Shown: positions 1 to 8,670, numbered from the whole stretch's first letter. The stretch is DNA of 63,593 bases, filler included, from 8 parts of 8 records of this genome joined end to end with filler, not necessarily neighbours in it; one strand, 5' to 3'. Program-made: numbers and translations. The notes: generated by a model not told the origin, from the sequence alone.

Positions 1-753
1 GCCAAAAGGATCCGTAACGCAACCCTGTATAAGATCAAAAAACATACCCTTTATTTCCGGGTCTCTTCATCAGGTGAAACCCCGAAACACACCCACTACC
101 AGGTCCGTGTCCGCCTGGAAGAATGGCAAAAGCACATGGTTCAAAGCACGGGCGCCTACATCGTACCCGCTCAAAAGGCCTGCAAGGGCCGTATCTCTTT
201 CGATTGCTCATGCGGCCGGCATCAATACTGGTTTCGGTATTTGGCAACCATCGGCGGTTTTGCCCTGGATCCCCAAGAGCATGGTTTTCCGAAGATCCGG
301 AATCCCAAGCTGTTGGGTTGCGCCTGCAAACATATGATCAAGGTTGTGGCTGTCATGCAATCACCGTTCATCCATGCTCGGATTGCCAAAGAGATGGCGA
401 AAGAGGCAAAGGATAAGGGGTGGCGAGGAAAACTGGCGGATAGGCTACGCCTGAGCACCACCCTGAACGAAACAGAGCTTCAAGGCGCTGAAAAGGCGGG
501 TGATACACCTTTTGACAAGAAAGTCTGGGATGAATTCAACAATTTCAATGCAGCGAAAAAGGGCATGTCACGAAGGGCTAAAAAGGAAGAAACACGACAA
601 AAGGATTTGTTGTCGCAATTGGAAATATCCCTCTGGCGGGATGTACACAAAACGAAAAAATTCAGCAGAGAGGAAGCTATAGAACGGTTCGCAGTCAAAA
701 AAAACATGACGCTCAAGGATGCAACGGCCATGGCAAAGGGGCTCGACATATGA
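1..753 (+). CDS. P1 gp25-like tail protein, 5'-truncated
   Basis: Frame is open from base 1 (AKRIRNATLY...VRLEEW); Cys/His motif CSCGRHQYWFRYLAT...FPKIRNPKLLGCACKH resembles P1 gp25. Confidence 0.75.
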   Translation, partial: AKRIRNATLYKIKKHTLYFRVSSSGETPKHTHYQVRVRLEEWQKHMVQSTGAYIVPAQKACKGRISFDCSCGRHQYWFRYLATIGGFALDPQEHGFPKIRNPKLLGCACKHMIKVVAVMQSPFIHARIAKEMAKEAKDKGWRGKLADRLRLSTTLNETELQGAEKAGDTPFDKKVWDEFNNFNAAKKGMSRRAKKEETRQKDLLSQLEISLWRDVHKTKKFSREEAIERFAVKKNMTLKDATAMAKGLDI

Positions 754-852
754 GCTTTTTCTTCATATCCAAGCTATCCCGCCCATGTGGATTATCCTTA
801 ATTCCGATACCTCCCTTAAATTCTTATGCTGCAAGGCAGAAAGGGGCTAAAC

Positions 853-1332
853 ATGGCTGCAAGAGACTACCGAAGTACAAACCAGATGCTTTCAACGGCG
901 TTGGATGCCTTACTCGACCAGTCACCCAATGCCATTGATATGCTTCTGTTCCGGGCCTTGCCAGGCACTGAGGAAGTCGTGGCGGCCGGCGCGGACGTTG
1001 TAGGGACCATGGAGGCCAGGGAACGCCGGATTGATTATGCGGACCCGGTGGGAACAAGGGGCCTTATCATTCCGGACGAATCAATGATCTTGGGAATGAC
1101 CGACGATGGTGAAAGCCCGGTCCCGGGTGAGGAGCCCATTGTCATGCTGATCAAGGGCGCGGACATCCCCAAACAATCGGTCATCTGGTTTGAGGAATAT
1201 GTAAACGAAACCGATACGGAGGAACGGTACTATTATGTTCTGAAACCGGATGGCGTGGGCATCGCACCAGTTATGACGGCAAAGTATCATTTGATCCCAT
1301 TTTTTGGCTTTGACCCTGATGGGATTAAATAG
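853..1332 (+). CDS. P1 gp7-like virion (tail stability) protein
   Basis: ATG 853 after AAGGGG; position between gp25-like and gp24-like genes; acidic beta-rich sequence. Confidence 0.55.
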   Translation: MAARDYRSTNQMLSTALDALLDQSPNAIDMLLFRALPGTEEVVAAGADVVGTMEARERRIDYADPVGTRGLIIPDESMILGMTDDGESPVPGEEPIVMLIKGADIPKQSVIWFEEYVNETDTEERYYYVLKPDGVGIAPVMTAKYHLIPFFGFDPDGIK

Positions 1333-1357
1333 TAAATAGGGGTAGGAGGTTGCGGGA

Positions 1358-1861
1358 ATGCTTACAAAAAATAAAATTGAGAAATGTTTAAAGTGCCTCA
1401 ATGAAAAGTTGAAGGCTGAAGACATTAAAGGCGAACTTTGCTTGTACGGTGGTGCGGTGATGTGTCTGGCATACAACGCAAGACCGATGACAAAGGATGT
1501 TGATGCTGTTTTTGAACCGACGAAAAAAATAAGAGATGCAGCAAACGAAATAGCGAAAGAATTGAAGGTCTCGAAAAACTGGCTGAATGATGGTGTTAAA
1601 GGTTTCCTGGTTAAACACAAGAAAAAGAAGATTTATGATTGGCCAAACCTGAAAGTTTATATCGCAGATCCGTACTACCTGCTTGCAATGAAATGTCTTG
1701 CATCCAGGGTGGACAGCAAAGATCGGTCAGATATCGAGTTTTTAATTAAAAAGCTGAAAGTTAAAAGCTCAGAAGATGTTTTCCGGATACTTGAAAAGTA
1801 TTATCGGAAAAATACCATAAAACCTGCAACGCAGTTTTTCATAGAAGAGATTTTCGAATGA
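1358..1861 (+). CDS. DUF6036-like (AbiEii-related) nucleotidyltransferase
   Basis: LYGGAVM...TKDVDAVF Pol-beta NTase motif, WLND and LLAMK...R...D..DI; AGGAGG RBS; AT-richer than its neighbours. Confidence 0.8.
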   Translation: MLTKNKIEKCLKCLNEKLKAEDIKGELCLYGGAVMCLAYNARPMTKDVDAVFEPTKKIRDAANEIAKELKVSKNWLNDGVKGFLVKHKKKKIYDWPNLKVYIADPYYLLAMKCLASRVDSKDRSDIEFLIKKLKVKSSEDVFRILEKYYRKNTIKPATQFFIEEIFE

Positions 1862-2211
1862 ACTCCCTAAAAAAAACCAAGCAACTCATGATCGAAATCC
1901 CCGAACATTGGGAGATTCCGTTCATGGAATTTGTTGATGATTTTAGACGCTGTAGAGATACGGCATACCTACGGAAACCCTTCACTCTGGATCATGAGCG
2001 GTTTGATGCCCTTTTGGCGTCTACGGCCGAATATCTATGTGATGAGATGTGCCTGGAGATCCCCGAATGGATCGAGGATATTCCGGGATGTAAAGACCCA
2101 TGGTTTGTGTCCGGACTCGAAAATTTAAAAGCAATCACTATCGTCGAAAGCCCGCTTCGGTTCCGAATGCGAAAGATTTTCGTGTTGGAAAACTTCCTTT
2201 ATAGGGTTTGA
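1858..2211 (+). CDS. Putative antitoxin partner of the DUF6036-like NTase
   Basis: 4-nt overlap with the NTase gene; DALLAxxAEYL...PEW...PWF...SP..FR.R.IF pattern typical of partners of this NTase family. Confidence 0.6.
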   Translation: MNSLKKTKQLMIEIPEHWEIPFMEFVDDFRRCRDTAYLRKPFTLDHERFDALLASTAEYLCDEMCLEIPEWIEDIPGCKDPWFVSGLENLKAITIVESPLRFRMRKIFVLENFLYRV

Positions 2212-2226
2212 TGGGGTGATCGATTA

Positions 2227-2955
2227 ATGGCAAACGAAACTTCAGAACTCCAGGCGGTTGATTTCGGCCTCGGCCGGTGTATTTGCGGCGCCTTTGACGG
2301 TCTGGCGGCCGTGGGGCCGGCCGATTACAAAGAATTCCTTTCCCGTGCATCAAACAAACAGGTCTTCAGGCATGACTTCGACGCGCCTCAAGACTTCATT
2401 TCGTCCTATGTGGGCGGCCGGAAAGGTTCCAGGACTGTGGATGACAACACAACGGCAAACGTGCTTGATCTGCCGTTGATTGCATATTGCCGAAAGCCAG
2501 GGATAAGCAATACTGAGCAAAAAGGCGACATTATTCGGGAAAAGATCCGATGGGACACGGCCCTTGAAAACGCCTTCAAATTGTCGGTCCTGCCCGTGAC
2601 GCTTCAGTATTCATTTATGATCCTTGCGTGGGATAAACTGACCCTGGATAAGTTGCAACTGGCCTGGTACGCCTATATCTCCAACCGGAAGGCTAAAAAC
2701 CATATATTCGAAGTTTCTTACCTGATTGACGAACAGCCGCTAGAAGTGAACGCCTTCCTGCAAGATTCTAAGACCATTGAGACAACCGATATCAGCCTGA
2801 GCAAAGAAGAAGGCAGGGTGTTTGGGGTTGAGACGATGTTGACGGTCACCAGCCAGATTCTTTTTGGTGAGGCCGTGGAAGTCGGGGACGTGGAAATTCA
2901 TTTTAATCTTATTGGGTATTGTGGCCTGGAGGTGCCTTGTTGCTATGGGGAATAA
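2227..2955 (+). CDS. P1 gp24-like baseplate or tail-completion protein
   Basis: LPLIAYCRKP motif, size, and synteny directly upstream of the gp6- and gp5-like genes. Confidence 0.55.
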   Translation: MANETSELQAVDFGLGRCICGAFDGLAAVGPADYKEFLSRASNKQVFRHDFDAPQDFISSYVGGRKGSRTVDDNTTANVLDLPLIAYCRKPGISNTEQKGDIIREKIRWDTALENAFKLSVLPVTLQYSFMILAWDKLTLDKLQLAWYAYISNRKAKNHIFEVSYLIDEQPLEVNAFLQDSKTIETTDISLSKEEGRVFGVETMLTVTSQILFGEAVEVGDVEIHFNLIGYCGLEVPCCYGE

Positions 2956-4000
2956 CCAAATTGGAAACCTGATTCAGAAAATAGTATGGATCGATCAAAA
3001 TGGGGGTATGCCCCCGGAAGAGATTGACCGGTCATATTTTCGGGAAGCGACCTTCACGGAAACGATTGACCTATCCGGACCCCGTTTAATCATGCTGTTC
3101 CATGATCCGGATTCGATCCTGACCGATTCGGATTGGTTTAAATGCAAGATCGGTGACATCCTGGAAATAACGTTTCAAGACCCCCTTTTCAGGGACCGGA
3201 TGGATGTCAAATTGCGGTTCGTCATCCTCACCATGCCGAAAGACGGCATCCAGCTAACTTTTAACTGTTTTCAGGAAGATGTTTACAATCTGAAAATGCC
3301 CTACCCGGATGCCCGGCTGTTCGTCAACAAGACCGCCCGGCAGATCCTATATGAACTGATCCCCGGTCTGCAGGATGGAAGTATCGAGGATCATATCGAC
3401 GATTTCCCGGTGGTGGAAGATTATCACCTGCTGCCCGGCATGCGCCCGTCCCTGATGATCCGGCAGATGGCCAAGGAACAGGGGGCCATGGCCTTTTTCT
3501 CAAGGAATAAGTTTCATTTCAGGACCCTGGAAGACATACGGGATATGATCGATGAGCCGGTTTTATACGAATACAATAACATCCAGGGTGAAAGCCAGAT
3601 TGTACACATGGAAGTTTTGAATGTCGAGCAGATCATTCGCGATCGGGTTGTCCGAAAATACATTGGCTGGGACATGGAAAAGGGAATCGTAGAAGGTGAC
3701 TGCAATTATGAGGATGCACCGGTTGAATTTACGGGTGTGTCTAATCAAATAACCCTGTCAAACATGTTGGAATTCGCTTTGCCTGTTCTGGACCTGACCA
3801 TGATCGGTGATGGTCGCCTTGAGCCCGGCCTAACCCTGGAATTCACGTGGTATCTTAATGACAAGGATAGGCCGTATGATGAAACCCTGCCGGGTAATGG
3901 AGTGGTAGGTACGGTTTCACATTACTGCACGGGTGATAAATACCATTGCCGGACGAAAGTTGTTATTCCATTAATCCCTTTAGGTGATGACAGTTATTAA
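2945..4000 (+). CDS. P1 gp6-like baseplate hub-type protein
   Basis: ATG 2945 after GGAGG; YHLLPGMRPSLMIRQMAKEQGA motif; directly upstream of the spike gene. Confidence 0.65.
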   Translation: MGNNQIGNLIQKIVWIDQNGGMPPEEIDRSYFREATFTETIDLSGPRLIMLFHDPDSILTDSDWFKCKIGDILEITFQDPLFRDRMDVKLRFVILTMPKDGIQLTFNCFQEDVYNLKMPYPDARLFVNKTARQILYELIPGLQDGSIEDHIDDFPVVEDYHLLPGMRPSLMIRQMAKEQGAMAFFSRNKFHFRTLEDIRDMIDEPVLYEYNNIQGESQIVHMEVLNVEQIIRDRVVRKYIGWDMEKGIVEGDCNYEDAPVEFTGVSNQITLSNMLEFALPVLDLTMIGDGRLEPGLTLEFTWYLNDKDRPYDETLPGNGVVGTVSHYCTGDKYHCRTKVVIPLIPLGDDSY

Positions 4001-4025
4001 TCTGGGCTAAAACGGAGTACGCATA

Positions 4026-4835
4026 ATGCAAAAAAACCTACCCGACCGACCAGCTACGAGATTCGATCAGCGGTATGTCGGCCGTGTCGTCGATATCAAT
4101 GATCCGAAAGAGCAACTTCGCGTGAAGATCCGCGTTTATGGCGTGTTCCCCGACAAAGCGCCTGACAAGGATCTGCCGTGGGCGGAATATGCCTTCCCGC
4201 CTGGGTCTCGGGATGACGAGGGGTTTGTAACATCGGTGGCCGTGGGTGATTACGTGTGGGTGGACTTCCCTTTCGCTGGGAACTCCCGCAGGCCGCGGAT
4301 GCTCGGGAGCGTTCACCATTGCCCCGGGGGTGCTCCCCATGCCCCCCATGAAATGTGGTTAGGTCCGGATGCCGTGGAGCATAAAAGAATCATTGCTCCC
4401 ATGCCGGCCGACCGTGAATACTACAAAAACAATGTCTATTCACAGGCGGGCATTGTGGTTGAAGTGATTCCGGGTGGGAATGGTTCAGTAATCGTCACTC
4501 AGAAGGCAACCGGGGCCGCCATTGAAATTACCCCGGATGGCGATATCACGGCGCATACGGAAGAGGGTAATATTTACGCTGAGTCAGCTATGGGAGATAT
4601 CGTATCGGCGGCGATTTTGGGGAATGTGGAGATTACAGCCGGTAGGGTGATCAGTTTAATTGCTGGGGAGGCGATTACCATGTCTGCGCCTTCCATTACC
4701 ATGACATCGCCCACATGCTCCCTGGAGCTTGGAGAATCAGCTCAATGTCAGGGTGATTTTGCGGTTGATGGCAATGTTGATGTGACCGGTAATGTCATTG
4801 ACGGGGGGATCAATACGAACCATCATAGCCATTAA
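4026..4835 (+). CDS. Baseplate central spike (P1 gp5 / P2 gpV-like)
   Basis: OB-fold N-terminus (GRVVDINDP...RVKIRV..LPWA...VGDYVWV.F), beta-helix repeats, C-terminal NTNHHSH with HxH metal site. Confidence 0.9.
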   Translation: MQKNLPDRPATRFDQRYVGRVVDINDPKEQLRVKIRVYGVFPDKAPDKDLPWAEYAFPPGSRDDEGFVTSVAVGDYVWVDFPFAGNSRRPRMLGSVHHCPGGAPHAPHEMWLGPDAVEHKRIIAPMPADREYYKNNVYSQAGIVVEVIPGGNGSVIVTQKATGAAIEITPDGDITAHTEEGNIYAESAMGDIVSAAILGNVEITAGRVISLIAGEAITMSAPSITMTSPTCSLELGESAQCQGDFAVDGNVDVTGNVIDGGINTNHHSH

Positions 4836-4894
4836 AGACAAAGCAGAACAACGGCGTCAATGGTTGGAAATCCGGAGGTAAATCAAGGAAGGAT

Positions 4895-5158
4895 GTGAAA
4901 GTAAATATTATGAGTGCAAAGATTTTTGCGGTTGTTGGTGTTTTTTTCCTTTTGATTTTTATGGTGGGACAATATTTCGGTTCTTGGCGTGAACCTGAAT
5001 ACCGGCTTTGGCTGTTCTTAGGAATGTGGACAAATGGCGCTTTTTTTGGTTCATGGATGGAGCAATCTATCCAGAGAGTATTAAAACAATCCAATACCCA
5101 ACAATCCCACTCAGAACCGGCGTCAGAAACCACCTCCAATTCCGATGAAGGAATTTGA
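4895..5158 (+). CDS. Small membrane protein (uncertain)
   Basis: Two hydrophobic segments and a purine-rich RBS, but it overlaps a convergent ORF by about 90 nt. Confidence 0.3.
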   Translation: MKVNIMSAKIFAVVGVFFLLIFMVGQYFGSWREPEYRLWLFLGMWTNGAFFGSWMEQSIQRVLKQSNTQQSHSEPASETTSNSDEGI

Positions 5159-5306
5159 CAATGGTTCGAACGGCCTTGGCAGTCCAATGCGGCTTGGGCG
5201 GAGGAATTACTGATAAAACCCCCACCACATCATCCGGATGCCTTTCAGGTTCGATGGGGTCTTGCTCACCGGTGTACCAGCGTTTGATTTTGCTCCATAT
5301 GCGCAT
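5067..5306 (-). CDS. Small phage membrane protein with C-terminal TM helix (79 aa)
   Basis: MRIWSKIKRWYTGE...HWTAKAVR...NWRWFLTPVLSGIVGYWIV; ATG at 5306 lies inside the 199-aa track ORF. Confidence 0.5.
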   Translation of the reverse strand: MRIWSKIKRWYTGEQDPIEPERHPDDVVGVLSVIPPPKPHWTAKAVRTIVKFLHRNWRWFLTPVLSGIVGYWIVLILSG

Positions 5307-5358
5307 AGCAGGTGCTATACCACAACCCCCCCAAGGTTTCCAAATGAAACCTTTTTTA

Positions 5359-5388
5359 TTGACATTTCTTCCAGGAACTGGGTATTCT
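5359..5388 (+). promoter_or_regulatory. sigma70 promoter of the C4/antirepressor operon
   Basis: TTGACA (5359-5364), 18-nt spacer, TATTCT (5383-5388). Confidence 0.65.
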
Positions 5389-5394
5389 GAGTCT

Positions 5395-5445
5395 GCCGTG
5401 GCAAAATCTGCGGCCCGGTTTGGTCGCCGGAATACTGTAAGGTGC
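5395..5445 (+). promoter_or_regulatory. c4 a1-b1 target leader
   Basis: GCCGTGGCAAAATCTGCGGC hairpin, then TTGGTCG (5420-5426) and CTGTAAGG (5435-5442), complementary to the C4 bulge and loop. Confidence 0.7.
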
Positions 5446-5449
5446 GCAA

Positions 5450-5479
5450 GCGCCTCAATTTCGTACGGCGCTTTTTTTT
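5450..5479 (+). terminator. Attenuator-like terminator between a1b1 and C4
   Basis: GCGCC...GGCGC stem followed by T8. Confidence 0.55.
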
Positions 5480-5500
5480 GTGTGTCCGTGCGAGTCCCCT

Positions 5501-5573
5501 GGCGGTGTGTATGGGAGGCTTTCGAGCCTGCCGGTGTCCTTACGGGCCGGTCGACCAACCCATATGCACCGCC
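5501..5573 (+). ncRNA. c4: C4-type antisense RNA (P1 c4 / P4 CI class)
   Basis: Closing stem GGCGGTGTGTATGGG/CCCATATGCACCGCC, AGGCT-TTCG-AGCCT hairpin, GCCGGT stem with loop GTCCTTACGG, bulge CGACCAA; complementary targets on both sides. Confidence 0.8.
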
Positions 5574-5642
5574 TTTTTTCGTTTGGTCGCGAGAAAGGCG
5601 GATTCCCTCAAACTCTTTTTTTTTACCGTAAGGAGGTTCGCC

Positions 5643-6443
5643 ATGAGAAAGCCCGCCGTTAATCAACCCACTTCAAACCCTGTCCCATTTCAATTTGAGA
5701 GCCATGAAGTCAGAACGGTTCAGAAGGACGATGGAACCATTTGGTTCGTGGCAAAAGACATTGCGCTGGCGCTTGGTATCAGTTGGAGTAGCGCAACTTT
5801 GAAACCAATTCCAGATACTTGGAAAGGGGTGATAAAACTCATCACCCCTAAAGGGCCACAAAAAATCATCATCATCAACGAACCAGCGGTTTACAAACTT
5901 TCGTTCCGATCAAATAAGGCGGAAGCAGACCGTTTTACAAATTGGGTTGTTTCCGAAGTTCTCCCGTCCATCCGCAAAACGGGGGCATACACAATGGTCA
6001 CCCTCACCCCCGCCCAGCAGCGGGAAGTCCAGCGCCTGGTGTCGGAAAAGGTCAAAGCCGCATCAAACGGTGAGAAGCCCAAACGAAACGAGTTCATGAA
6101 AGTCTACCGGAGCATCAAGGATGAGTTCCAGGTGGCGAAATACTCCCAGGTGCCGCAGGACAAATTCAATGAGGTGGTGGAATTCCTCGGCGGGAAGTTG
6201 GGACCGGGAACGGCACGGCCCTACGACATCCCGGAAGACGAGGCTGAGGACATTGTGGTTTACATCATGCGCAGGATAGACTCGATTGTGAAAGATTCGC
6301 TCAACCTTGCAAAGCGTGAAGCGTTATTTCGGACCGACATGCAAACCGAGTTTCTCCGTATGACAAATGCACTCGCGACCGTCTTCCCGGGCCAAATGAA
6401 GGAGATCCGGCAACACACCATCAGGAAGGAAGCGGCAGCGTAA
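5643..6443 (+). CDS. Bro-N domain antirepressor (Bro-N plus ORF6C-like domain)
   Basis: FQFESHEVRTV...WFVAKDIA..L...INEPAVYKL.FRSNK.EA..F..WV..EVLPSIRKTG; AAGGAGG RBS supports ATG 5643. Confidence 0.9.
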   Translation: MRKPAVNQPTSNPVPFQFESHEVRTVQKDDGTIWFVAKDIALALGISWSSATLKPIPDTWKGVIKLITPKGPQKIIIINEPAVYKLSFRSNKAEADRFTNWVVSEVLPSIRKTGAYTMVTLTPAQQREVQRLVSEKVKAASNGEKPKRNEFMKVYRSIKDEFQVAKYSQVPQDKFNEVVEFLGGKLGPGTARPYDIPEDEAEDIVVYIMRRIDSIVKDSLNLAKREALFRTDMQTEFLRMTNALATVFPGQMKEIRQHTIRKEAAA

Positions 6444-6501
6444 ACTAAAATCCGGTACGGGGCGGGAGCTTTATCCTGTCCCTGCCCGGACGGGTGGGGG
6501 G

Positions 6502-7230
6502 TTACTCTGCATTATGGCAATCAGCACATACTGAGAACGGGCCGGAAGGCATGAACTTAGCGCATGCCTTATGACAATTTTTACAGTTTTTATGGAAAGC
6601 ATTTTGTAGTTTCATAACCTGAATTCCATCAATTTTCGTCGTCTTTCCCGGGACATGACATTCAATGCATTTCTTGACGGGATCCCCCGGTTTCCACATG
6701 TTCCCATAGCTACCCTTCACGTATCTATGGTGGCAATCCACACACTCGATTCGACCCGAATAAACAGGGGGGTTGTACACATACTGCTTGTACATCATAA
6801 TATGCTTCCCATGGGAAAAGCTTACGCCTTTTTTTTTGTCACCCTGATCACCGTGCGGCCCGTAATCGATAATAATGTCGGCCGCTCCGAAATAATAGGG
6901 AAAAAAGTTGATCTCCTGAAACCTCATGGAACCGTCAAACACTTTCGGGGTCTTGATGAATGTTGAGTTTGCTGTTTGATTAGAAAAAGAAGAATCCCAA
7001 CCGCCCTGAATTGAAAAAGATTTCCCTGTTGCCTCTGGATTCCCATCATAACATCCCTGTGCAACCTGAATAACCCCTCCCGGTTCAGCTTCAATAGCCG
7101 CCTGGATGGACGGATAGCACGGGTTGTTTCCATCACAAGAAGTATCGTTTTTATTTACATACGAAACGCCGGCGGCATGGGCGGTTAAGGCGATGGCCAA
7201 GAAAATGGCTGTGGCGAGAACGGTTTTCAT
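6502..7230 (-). CDS. Secreted tetraheme cytochrome c3 (class III) with an extra N-terminal domain
   Basis: Signal peptide ending AHA; four CxxCH (CVDCH, CIECH, CKNCH, CADCH); distal His pattern FSHGKH, CHH, AFH. Confidence 0.88.
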   Translation of the reverse strand: MKTVLATAIFLAIALTAHAAGVSYVNKNDTSCDGNNPCYPSIQAAIEAEPGGVIQVAQGCYDGNPEATGKSFSIQGGWDSSFSNQTANSTFIKTPKVFDGSMRFQEINFFPYYFGAADIIIDYGPHGDQGDKKKGVSFSHGKHIMMYKQYVYNPPVYSGRIECVDCHHRYVKGSYGNMWKPGDPVKKCIECHVPGKTTKIDGIQVMKLQNAFHKNCKNCHKACAKFMPSGPFSVCADCHNAE

Positions 7231-7287
7231 CCCTCATTCCTTCATCAAGAAAAAATAGGTTTTCCCACATCATTCCTATTTTTCTCA

Positions 7288-7303
7288 AAAGGTCAAGGGA
7301 TTT
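7288..7303. repeat. 16-nt direct repeat, copy 1
   Basis: AAAGGTCAAGGGATTT, identical to 8261-8276. Confidence 0.75.
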
Positions 7304-7389
7304 TCTTCGGCCTTTAAATGCCGTCATGGTTGGGGGTTTGGGGTTAATCGATAATTTCAACAACGTCGAAAGAGAAATGATCTATTGAG

Positions 7390-8247
7390 TTAATGGCAAT
7401 GAGAGTGCGTTTGACTGACTTTCCCATCAACATCAATCCAGACCGTCACCACATCAAAGGAGCAGTCCTCCAGGTGGTCAAGACAGCCATCGGAGAGATA
7501 AGAGCTTAAAACTTGTTTTTTCCCGGTTTCCTTTGCAATGGACATCAAATGTGCTCTATGGTTTGCGTCTGCCATTCCTTCGGTTTGAATTTTCTCGTAT
7601 TTCTTGGAAGCATTGGTTAAAAACGATGTAATCGGAACTAAGACATGTTCAGGGTGAGTATCACCGCCCATGGTTTTATAAACCTCTTCGGAAGCCTCCG
7701 CTCCTGGGAGGCCCATGGCGTCAATTGGAAACATAATTCCTCGATGTAAATCGTCATTGTCGGATTGATAAGATGCAACGAGAGGGTATCGATCCTTGAT
7801 CCATTTCTTTGCAGCTTTCCTGATGATTTCCTGCCAGTCGAGCCCGGTATGATCTTTATGTAACGTGACCATTATCGTGCTGCCGGATCTCCAGACTTTG
7901 ACTCGCTCTTCACCTGTTAAAAGGCTTTGCACCCTTTCGTCAATCTTCTGAGCATATTCAGCATTTTCCTTATTGATGTGTGTCTCAAGGACTTCGGCGT
8001 CTTTAGGAGATAGCCTGAAGCCACTGATTTTTTGACCTTGGATGATTGTTGTAGACCCGTAGTCATTGAGCATCACGCCCTTTGCTTTGGCGTTATAAAC
8101 TGCGGAATTGCTGATTTTTTCACCATCCACGGAGATTGCCATCTCAATTTTTGTTGATTGTCCACCCCCTATTTTCTTTCCAGCGATTACTTCAACCTCT
8201 ATTTCGTTCCCCTTTATTTTTTTTGTCATCTCAATTTTCATGCCCAC
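7390..8247 (-). CDS. Hypothetical phage protein with Cys/His-rich C-terminus
   Basis: 285-aa ORF, AGGAGG RBS, C-terminal C..HLEDC...HSHCH. Confidence 0.7.
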   Translation of the reverse strand: MGMKIEMTKKIKGNEIEVEVIAGKKIGGGQSTKIEMAISVDGEKISNSAVYNAKAKGVMLNDYGSTTIIQGQKISGFRLSPKDAEVLETHINKENAEYAQKIDERVQSLLTGEERVKVWRSGSTIMVTLHKDHTGLDWQEIIRKAAKKWIKDRYPLVASYQSDNDDLHRGIMFPIDAMGLPGAEASEEVYKTMGGDTHPEHVLVPITSFLTNASKKYEKIQTEGMADANHRAHLMSIAKETGKKQVLSSYLSDGCLDHLEDCSFDVVTVWIDVDGKVSQTHSHCH

Positions 8248-8260
8248 CTCCTATATTTTT

Positions 8261-8276
8261 AAAGGTCAAGGGATTT
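8261..8276. repeat. 16-nt direct repeat, copy 2
   Basis: AAAGGTCAAGGGATTT, identical to 7288-7303. Confidence 0.75.
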
Positions 8277-8283
8277 CCGGCCT

Positions 8284-8670
8284 TCAACAAAGGCCATCGG
8301 CCCATTTATCCAGGGTCTTTTCATAGCTCATTGTGTCGAAATGGAAGCCTGCTGCCCATATTTCCAAGGAGACTCGTTGCCACAAATCCAATCCTTCGAT
8401 TTTGGTTTTGATTGCGGGGTTCGTAATCCGGTTGATTTGGCCACCAGCGGCGGCTGGCGCCAACCCAGGGGATTCCGGAGAAAAGGCCGATATGATGACA
8501 GCCAGTTCGTCGCGCGTAAACCTGCCTGCAATCTCTGCCATGCTTTGGGCCATCAGGATAGGCATAGCATCCAGAATATACCGGGCGCCATGGGTGGGTG
8601 TCTCAAAATATTTTTTCAGAAAAGTTTGCGCCCGGGGGGTGATCCGCGGGCTTATTGTTTTTTTTGGCAT
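8284..8670 (-). CDS. Hypothetical phage protein, possibly a DNA-binding regulator
   Basis: MPKKTISPRIT... start at 8670 after GAAAGG; basic beta-strand N-terminus followed by helices. Confidence 0.55.
   Translation of the reverse strand: MPKKTISPRITPRAQTFLKKYFETPTHGARYILDAMPILMAQSMAEIAGRFTRDELAVIISAFSPESPGLAPAAAGGQINRITNPAIKTKIEGLDLWQRVSLEIWAAGFHFDTMSYEKTLDKWADGLC

Noticed and set aside
5442-5642. N-terminal extension of the Bro-N ORF (333-aa track call) and the overlapping ORF 5155-5631
   Set aside because: This is the structured C4 RNA region; the strong RBS supports ATG 5643, although an Ash/Icd-like reading cannot be fully excluded
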